Shown: one piece after another, positions 58,349-64,000 of the stretch
How the letters are laid out: the number at the start of each line of letters is the position of its first letter
Numbering within the stretch: position 1 is the first letter of the stretch
Source of the DNA: Candidatus Latescibacterota bacterium
GTDB taxonomy: Bacteria; Latescibacterota; UBA2968; UBA8231
Assembly: GCA_965215195.1 (NCBI GenBank)
Contig: CBDCDC010000002.1
Coordinates: forward strand, 480,001 to 544,000
Length of the DNA stretch: 64,000 nt
Reading direction: 5' to 3'
Translations under genes and position numbers: made by a program
The notes under the pieces: generated by a model
What the model saw: the letters and a program-made list of their open reading frames with translations, nothing else
What the model was told of the DNA's origin: nothing
Databases searched by the model: none

Positions 58349-59812
58349 ATGACGAGGAATGACGAGGCTCTACAGATCGCCGGCCAAGTCGAAGCTATGC
58401 TGGCTGCTTTGGACCGGCTCTCTCCTTTCAGTTGGCTGCTGGAGTCCGCCGAGATTGATCCGTTGCGTTCGTTGCTGCGCTGTGCGCAGGCGGCCTGTGC
58501 CGATAGGCAAGAGGCACCGCGCACTGCGGCCGAATTGGCCGCGCAACACCAGCGTTGTTCCGATGCGATCCTCGCGGCAGCCTTCAGCGGCGATTGGGGC
58601 GGTGGTGTGCCGGATTTACAAGGGCTGTTGCTCAATCGGCTCCTCGATGGCCAACACTCGTTTTTGCGCGCTTGTGAAGAGCAATCCCCGGCAGAGGTTC
58701 CCGCCGCGCTGCGCCAAGTTGTGTGCCGCGACTTGCAAAGTGCCGCGGCCTTGGCCCGTCCTCCTTGGGGGGTATGGCTGCGGCTGATCGGCGGCCACGC
58801 AGAGCCTTTGGCCCCCATGCCCGGGGATGGGGTGGAACCCGCGGCCGTTGGCCAACTGAAAGAGCGTTTTGCCCGCAGCGAGGATTGGGCCGGGTTGGCT
58901 GGGCCGCTCGGATGCTTGATCCACGAGCACGGGCGGGGGGCGCTGCGTCGATTCCCAGCCTTTCGCGTGGTCGTCGGGGAGGCCAAGCCCATCTTGGAAC
59001 CCATCCGCCACTTCGCGGAATTTCCCCTCGGCTGGCTGGAAGGCAATGAAGCGAGAATCCAAGTCCTCGAGGAAAACACGCGCCATTTCCTCGCCGGTTA
59101 TCGAGCGCACAATGCCCTGATCTGGGGACCGCGGGGCGGCGGCAAATCGACGCTGATACGGGCCTTAGTGGGTCAGTTCTTTGATCGCGGCCTGCGCGCC
59201 ATCGAGATCGCCCCGTCTTGTTACCATCTGTTGCCCGCGCTCTTTGCCCTCGTCCGGGGGCGTCGCCAGCGCTTTGTCGGTGTGCTGGACAATGTGTCGC
59301 TGAGCCGGAGCGACAACAGCCTGCACCTGCTCTCGCGGGTGCTTGACGGAGGGCTGGAAGCGTGCCCGGACAACTTGGTCTTCTATGCGACCTCTAACTA
59401 CAAAGACCTAGTCGATCGGGAGGGCGAGCGCCCGCAAGGGCTGGGCCAAATGCAGCTAGACGACGAGCGCACCAACCGAGTCAACCAAGGCATCCAAGCC
59501 GAATTCTACGACCCCCAACAACTGCAACGCCTCGATCAGGAGCGGGCGCTCGACGACCGTTTTGCCCTCAAGGTCTTCCTCGATCTGCCCAACAGGCAGC
59601 AATATCGCGCCATGGTCTTGTCTTATGCGCGCCGGGCTGGGATCGACCTGCCGGAAGAAGATTTATTGGCCGCTTTCGAAGTTTGGCGAATGCGACACAA
59701 CCACGATTTGGTTGGAGGCCGGACGGCGCGGGACTTCATCGACGCGTACTTGCCTCAGTACTTGCGCGGCAAGGAAACGTTAAATCAACCTTCAAGTAGC
59801 TCGATTTCGTAG
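58349..59812 (+). CDS. DUF815 (COG2607) AAA+ ATPase with N-terminal extension
   Basis: L.ENT..FL.G..A.NAL.WG.RG.GKS, LDGGLE..P.N...YATSN and GRTA.DF motifs. Confidence 0.85.
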   Translation: MTRNDEALQIAGQVEAMLAALDRLSPFSWLLESAEIDPLRSLLRCAQAACADRQEAPRTAAELAAQHQRCSDAILAAAFSGDWGGGVPDLQGLLLNRLLDGQHSFLRACEEQSPAEVPAALRQVVCRDLQSAAALARPPWGVWLRLIGGHAEPLAPMPGDGVEPAAVGQLKERFARSEDWAGLAGPLGCLIHEHGRGALRRFPAFRVVVGEAKPILEPIRHFAEFPLGWLEGNEARIQVLEENTRHFLAGYRAHNALIWGPRGGGKSTLIRALVGQFFDRGLRAIEIAPSCYHLLPALFALVRGRRQRFVGVLDNVSLSRSDNSLHLLSRVLDGGLEACPDNLVFYATSNYKDLVDREGERPQGLGQMQLDDERTNRVNQGIQAEFYDPQQLQRLDQERALDDRFALKVFLDLPNRQQYRAMVLSYARRAGIDLPEEDLLAAFEVWRMRHNHDLVGGRTARDFIDAYLPQYLRGKETLNQPSSSSIS

Positions 59813-60162
59813 CCGTCGGGATCGTCGATAAAGGCCATCTTGCGGCCGGTGGGGAAGGTCGTGCGCCAATCGCTAGGCCATATTTCGAGCCCGTTGTTTT
59901 CCAAGGTGTTGCAAAAGCCGATTAAGTCGGGAACCGCAATCGCGAGATGCATGAGATCCTCGGGGACGGCAAGCTGGTAATCGGCGGAATAGGTCAATTC
60001 GAGGGTGTGTTCATTGCCGGGTAGCTCGAGATGAGCGATTTGGTTGCCAGCGGGCGATTTGTCCGAGCGGCTGCGGACTTCAAAGCCGAGGTGGGTGCAA
60101 TACCACTCAATGGAGCGCTCGAGATCGCCGACGCGGATGCGGGTGTGCAGGAAGCGGGCCAT
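59785..60162 (-). CDS. VOC family protein (lactoylglutathione lyase-like)
   Basis: FLHT.IRV.DL.RSI..Y, LELTY, HLAI.V and FI.DPDGY.IEL motifs. Confidence 0.88.
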   Translation of the reverse strand: MARFLHTRIRVGDLERSIEWYCTHLGFEVRSRSDKSPAGNQIAHLELPGNEHTLELTYSADYQLAVPEDLMHLAIAVPDLIGFCNTLENNGLEIWPSDWRTTFPTGRKMAFIDDPDGYEIELLEG

Positions 60163-60282
60163 AGGGACATCCTTTCGCAGGTTATTTATAATAAAAGGAG
60201 GGGCTGCACATGCAGGCAGTCCCTTGCGCGGGTTGGAACGAGGCGCGTAGATTAAATTGGTCAGGGGTAAGAAGCGAAAAAG

Positions 60283-60369
60283 TGGTGCCGAAGAGAGGAC
60301 TCGAACCTCCACGGGGTGGCCCCCACATGGTCCTGAACCATGCGCGTCTACCAATTTCGCCACTTCGGC
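60283..60369 (-). tRNA. tRNA-Leu (CAG)
   Basis: Minus strand GCCGAAG...CATGG-TTCAGGA-CCATG, long variable arm, GTTCGAGTC, ends in CCA. Confidence 0.96.
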
Positions 60370-60439
60370 AATTGAATAGCACAAATTAAATGCAGGGCTT
60401 GCAGCCGTCAAGCCTGTTCCCTTCGTGAAAATAGAGGTT

Positions 60440-60919
60440 ATGGCCAAAACGGAAAGTGGTGCCAAGCGCGAGTTCATCGCCGTGCAAAACCGCAAAGCCC
60501 GGCACGACTACGAGGTGATGGGCCGCTATGAGACCGGCATTGTCTTGCGCGGCACGGAAGTCAAGTCGCTGCGCGCCGGGCGCGCCAACCTCAAGGACAG
60601 CTTCGCTTTAGTTGAACGAGGCGAAATTTTCCTGCACAATGTCCACATTGCCCAGTACGAGCGAGGCAGCAATTTCAACCACGACCCGGAGCGCGTGCGC
60701 AAATTGCTCTTGCACCGCAGTGAAATCCGCCGGCTGACCGGGAGAACGCAACAACAGGGCCTTACTTTGGTGCCGCTGAAGATCTACTTCAAGCGCGGCC
60801 GGGCCAAGGTGGAATTGGCTCTGGTCCGCGGCAAAAAGCAGTTCGACAAGCGCCAGGCTTTGGCTCAACGCCAAGCTGACCGCGACGTCGACCGGGCCCT
60901 CAAGGAGCGGCACCGGTGA
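60440..60919 (+). CDS. smpB: SsrA-binding protein SmpB
   Basis: [25 protein letters not shown] and GKK.FDKR motifs. Confidence 0.97.
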   Translation: MAKTESGAKREFIAVQNRKARHDYEVMGRYETGIVLRGTEVKSLRAGRANLKDSFALVERGEIFLHNVHIAQYERGSNFNHDPERVRKLLLHRSEIRRLTGRTQQQGLTLVPLKIYFKRGRAKVELALVRGKKQFDKRQALAQRQADRDVDRALKERHR

Positions 60920-61743
60920 GTTTGCCCGCGTCCAGCCAGGCCGCGACGCGCTGTTCTAAGTGCGGCGGTGGAGGCCTGTATTACGACCCCATAGTCGCGG
61001 TGGGTCGCTATGGTACGCTCCGGCTTTGCGAGTGCATCGAGTGCTGCTGTGGGGGGAGGCCCCCCTACCAGTACTGGGACGACGATTCGCGCAACCAGTG
61101 GTGCTCCTGCCGTCCCTATCGCCGCAAAATGACGGAAACCAACCGCCTGTTCCGCCAGGCCGATATTCCCGAGCGCTACAAGTGGAAGTTCGTCGATGAC
61201 TTCCGCATGGCGGCACCAGACGGGACGCACATCGACCTAGCGGGCACGGTCTATCTCCGCATTCACCAAGACCTGATCGAAGCCGCGGAAGAGCCAAAGC
61301 GCGGCTATCTCCTCCACGGAAAGCCCGGCACGGGCAAGACCTTAATGGGGTGCATTGCACTCAATGAACTCATGTTGCGCTGGGCCAAACCGGGCCGCTT
61401 TCTCAGTCTGTCGCGCACGTACTTTCAGAAGTTGCGCGATACCTATTCAGCCGACAGCGAGCGCTATGGTCACACTTGGTCAATTCTCGAAGAGTTGTGC
61501 AATATGCCCTACCTCGTCCTAGACGACTTCGGCATCCAGCGGGGGACCGAGTGGGAAATAGAAATGCTCTACGATCTCGTAGATGCCCGCTACGGCGACC
61601 AGCGGTTCACGGTTGTAACTACCAATCAGCCCCTCGACGAACTAAAGAATCTAGCCGATGGCCGCATCTACTCGCGCCTAGTAGAGATGTGCCAATCCAT
61701 CCCCATGAATGGCCCTGATTATCGGATGCACCTCAATGCGTGA
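60916..61743 (+). CDS. DnaC/IstB-like AAA+ ATPase with Cys-rich N-terminus
   Basis: CxxC..CxC..CCC..CxC; Walker A GKPGTGKT; Walker B LVLDDFG; TTN; RI.SRL.EMC; G.DYR. Confidence 0.82.
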   Translation: MSLPASSQAATRCSKCGGGGLYYDPIVAVGRYGTLRLCECIECCCGGRPPYQYWDDDSRNQWCSCRPYRRKMTETNRLFRQADIPERYKWKFVDDFRMAAPDGTHIDLAGTVYLRIHQDLIEAAEEPKRGYLLHGKPGTGKTLMGCIALNELMLRWAKPGRFLSLSRTYFQKLRDTYSADSERYGHTWSILEELCNMPYLVLDDFGIQRGTEWEIEMLYDLVDARYGDQRFTVVTTNQPLDELKNLADGRIYSRLVEMCQSIPMNGPDYRMHLNA

Positions 61744-62449
61744 GACAAGCTGGAAGCGCAGCGATGGACGTCGCCCCGCTCAGTTGCGGCCGGTGCAGAT
61801 CGCCCCGAGATACCTGAAAACGGCGGCTGGATCGGCCCTGATCGAAATGGGCGATACAAAGGTGCTCTGCACGGTATCGCCCGTCGATGGGGTGCCGCCC
61901 TTTTTGGTGGGGACCGACAAGGGGTGGCTAACCGCGGAGTACAGCATGCTGCCTGGCTCCTCTGCGCGCCGGGTAGCGCGCGAATCCAATAGCCGGGCGC
62001 GGGAAATTCAGCGCCTGATCGGCCGCTCGCTGCGCGCTATAGTGAATTTGGAGCAAATCGGCGAGCGGACGCTATATGTCGATTGCGATGTCATACAGGC
62101 GGATGGCGGAACGCGCACCGCCTCAATAACAGGGGCTTATGTGGCTTTGGTAGAGGCACTGCAGACCCTGCAAGGCGATGTGCTCGTAGAGCAGGTCGCC
62201 GCCGTTAGCGTGGGGGTAGTAGGGGACCAGCTCCTATTGGATCTGTGCTACGAGGAAGATCGTAGTGCCGAAACGGATATGAACGTCGTTATGACCGGCT
62301 CGGGGGGGATCGTCGAAGTCCAAGGCACGGCCGAGGGGCGTCCCTTTACCCGCGCTCAGGCTGTCGAATTGCTCGACTTAGCGGCTGTGGGCATAGAGCA
62401 CCTACTGGCCGTGCAACAGTCTGTTTTAAGCGCACTTACAGAGGCTTAG
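61736..62449 (+). CDS. rph: Ribonuclease PH
   Basis: R.DGR...LR, GWLTAEY.MLP, EIQRLIGRSLR, QADGGTRTASITG and EVQGTAEG motifs. Confidence 0.97.
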   Translation: MRETSWKRSDGRRPAQLRPVQIAPRYLKTAAGSALIEMGDTKVLCTVSPVDGVPPFLVGTDKGWLTAEYSMLPGSSARRVARESNSRAREIQRLIGRSLRAIVNLEQIGERTLYVDCDVIQADGGTRTASITGAYVALVEALQTLQGDVLVEQVAAVSVGVVGDQLLLDLCYEEDRSAETDMNVVMTGSGGIVEVQGTAEGRPFTRAQAVELLDLAAVGIEHLLAVQQSVLSALTEA

Positions 62450-62466
62450 GGGCTTGGAGAAATTGC

Positions 62467-62495
62467 TTGACAGGTTTTGTGGCCCCGGCTAAGTT
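62467..62495 (+). promoter_or_regulatory. Sigma-70 promoter upstream of the sigma factor gene
   Basis: TTGACA-N17-TAAGTT. Confidence 0.55.
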
Positions 62496-62566
62496 ATACA
62501 CATCTTTAGTTTGAAGCACGTGTAGCTTTCCTTTTCCTCCCCACTCTAAACGAAGAGGATGGTTCC

Positions 62567-63430
62567 ATGGCGGGAATGACTAAAGCACCATTTTGGGATA
62601 TGGAAGATTGCCTCGGGAGCTATCTGGCCGAAATTGCCCATTCCAAGCCTCTCTCCCCGGCCGACGAGGTCGATCTAGCGCGGAAGATCAAGCAAGGGGA
62701 TGAGGGTGCCCGCAACAGATTAGTCGAAGCGAATTTGCGCTTTGTGGTCAGTGTGGCCAAGGAATACCAAAATCGCGGCGTTCCCCTCGCCGACTTGGTC
62801 AGTGCTGGGAATATGGGGTTGATCACGGCCGCCGAGCGCTTTGACGAAGCCAAGGGCTTCAAATTCATCTCCTATGCGGTTTGGTGGATCCGCCAAGCCA
62901 TCCTACAGACGATAGCCGAGCAGTCGCGCACAGTCCGCCTGCCGCTGAATAAGATCGGCTTGCTCTACAAGATATCCAAGGCGTCCCGCATCTTGCAGCA
63001 AGAGCGCACCGACGATCCCCACCCGGAAGCTATCGCCGAACAGCTCGATGTCCCGGTTGAAGAGGTCAAGGAGACCTTGATGTGCGGTCGCTCGACGCGG
63101 TCGCTCGACGCGGCCTTTCTCGGCGAAGAAGACCACAGCCTGCTTGACGTGCTGCCAGACGAGCGCCAAGAGTCCCCTGAAAACCAAGTGATGCGCGGCT
63201 GTCTGCGCGGGCAGATCGACTCGGCCCTGAGTCGGCTCATTGGGCGCGAGGCCGAAATTCTCCGCCTCTACTTTGGGTTGAACGGGGAAGAAGAGCCTAT
63301 GACCTTGGACCAGATCGGCATGCGTTTTGGGCTTACGCGCGAGCGAGTCAGGCAAATCAAGGAGAAAGCCCTGCACCGCTTGCGGCACCCCAGCCGCTCC
63401 GATCATCTGCGCTCCTACAGCCGCGCTTGA
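62567..63430 (+). CDS. RpoD/SigA-family sigma-70 factor lacking region 1.1
   Basis: YL.EI, ANLRFVVSVAK.Y, GFKFISYAVWWIRQAI and LTRERVRQIKEKAL motifs; 287 aa. Confidence 0.93.
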   Translation: MAGMTKAPFWDMEDCLGSYLAEIAHSKPLSPADEVDLARKIKQGDEGARNRLVEANLRFVVSVAKEYQNRGVPLADLVSAGNMGLITAAERFDEAKGFKFISYAVWWIRQAILQTIAEQSRTVRLPLNKIGLLYKISKASRILQQERTDDPHPEAIAEQLDVPVEEVKETLMCGRSTRSLDAAFLGEEDHSLLDVLPDERQESPENQVMRGCLRGQIDSALSRLIGREAEILRLYFGLNGEEEPMTLDQIGMRFGLTRERVRQIKEKALHRLRHPSRSDHLRSYSRA

Positions 63431-63481
63431 AGATGCCCCCCAACAGGCTCCCCTGCTCCCCAAAAGTCGCAGGAGTACGCC

Positions 63482-63637
63482 ATGTCAGAAGATGCAGTTG
63501 AGGAGGATCTGCTGAGTTCCATAGACGAAGTCGACGATCAGATCAAAAATTTTCGCCAGCGGGTGCGGGCCGTTCTGGACGCTGCCCAGGCCGAGGGAAC
63601 GCGGCGCAACGAAAAGGAAGGGAGCACGAGGAGGTAA
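63482..63637 (+). CDS. 51-aa hypothetical helical protein
   Basis: AGGAG RBS (63471-63475); MSEDAVEEDLLSSIDEVDDQIKNFRQRVRAVLDAAQAEGTRRNEKEGSTRR; followed by a terminator. Confidence 0.55.
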   Translation: MSEDAVEEDLLSSIDEVDDQIKNFRQRVRAVLDAAQAEGTRRNEKEGSTRR

Positions 63638-63655
63638 GCGGCGCGTGGATTTACC

Positions 63656-63687
63656 AAAGAGGGGATGGCTTGGCTATCCCCTCTTTT
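63656..63687 (+). terminator. Rho-independent terminator
   Basis: AAAGAGGGGATGGC-TTG-GCTATCCCCTCTTT hairpin ending in a T-run. Confidence 0.7.
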
Positions 63688-63717
63688 AATATCTGCAACC
63701 AAATGGAGAGAACCAAA

Positions 63718-64000
63718 ATGGACAAATGGGCAACAGGCATATTTACCTCCATTGACGAGGGCTTGGGGGCCGGGTTGGATTCGGTGAAGGAGCTAGGGGT
63801 TTCCACCGTGCATCTGCATGCGCCGGGCCGCGATTTGCGCACCGCAGAGAAAACCGCGGAAATCAAGGACCAGTTCGCCGCCGCCGGAATCGAAATCAGC
63901 GTGGTTTTCGCCGGTTTTCCCGACGACGATTACACCACGCCGGAAATCGCCCAACAAACGGTCGGGCTCGTGCCTTTAGATCGCCGGGAGCGCCGGCTCG
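63718..64000 (+). CDS. Sugar phosphate isomerase/epimerase (xylose-isomerase-like TIM barrel), 3'-truncated
   Basis: GGAG RBS; MDKWATGIFTSIDEGLG.GL..VKELGV.TV.LHAP...VF.GF..DDY.......TVGLVP; frame open to the window end. Confidence 0.75.
   Translation, partial: MDKWATGIFTSIDEGLGAGLDSVKELGVSTVHLHAPGRDLRTAEKTAEIKDQFAAAGIEISVVFAGFPDDDYTTPEIAQQTVGLVPLDRRERRL

Noticed and set aside
58170-60369. Integrative element at tRNA-Arg or tRNA-Leu
   Set aside because: No integrase, and no duplicated tRNA 3' end was seen in the window.
60163-60495. Upstream extension of the VOC ORF
   Set aside because: Runs through tRNA-Leu; the real start is ATG 60162 after AAAGGA.
60916-61743. IS21 element (IstB)
   Set aside because: No IstA transposase or terminal inverted repeats; tightly coupled to housekeeping genes.

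Overview
A GC-rich bacterial chromosomal segment. The gene content (FlgD-Ig/T9SS-like C-terminal domains, DUF6785, ACIII-caa3, Gram-negative envelope proteins) suggests an FCB-superphylum organism such as Ca. Latescibacterota; this is inference, not a database result. From left to right it contains: (1) a 5'-truncated DUF3179 protein; (2) a minus-strand ABC-2/TolC export locus driven by two colinear copies of a sigma-54 promoter + IHF-like site + triple enhancer-box module; (3) sugar-acid catabolic genes split by an AT-rich, single-ORF methyltransferase-BsuBI/PstI-type endonuclease fusion; (4) back-to-back higBA and vapBC toxin-antitoxin loci; (5) a two-ATPase CUT1 sugar ABC transporter; (6) a ~20 kb uncharacterised envelope cluster with a PPIase lipoprotein, SGNH hydrolase, CBM9-like protein with a short TAVEE..WG-x-IK tail, four paralogous secreted discoidin-like/FlgD-Ig proteins, a 908-aa putative outer-membrane protein and a DUF6785 membrane protein; (7) a complete actABCDEFG-sco-ctaCDEF respiratory operon; (8) tRNA-Arg, a DUF815 ATPase, a VOC protein, tRNA-Leu, smpB-DnaC-like-rph, a sigma-70 factor and a 3'-truncated epimerase. 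The best candidates for undescribed systems are the envelope cluster (25826-45617) and the dual-sigma-54 export locus (1019-9621). All domain names come from motif recognition by eye; no searches were run.
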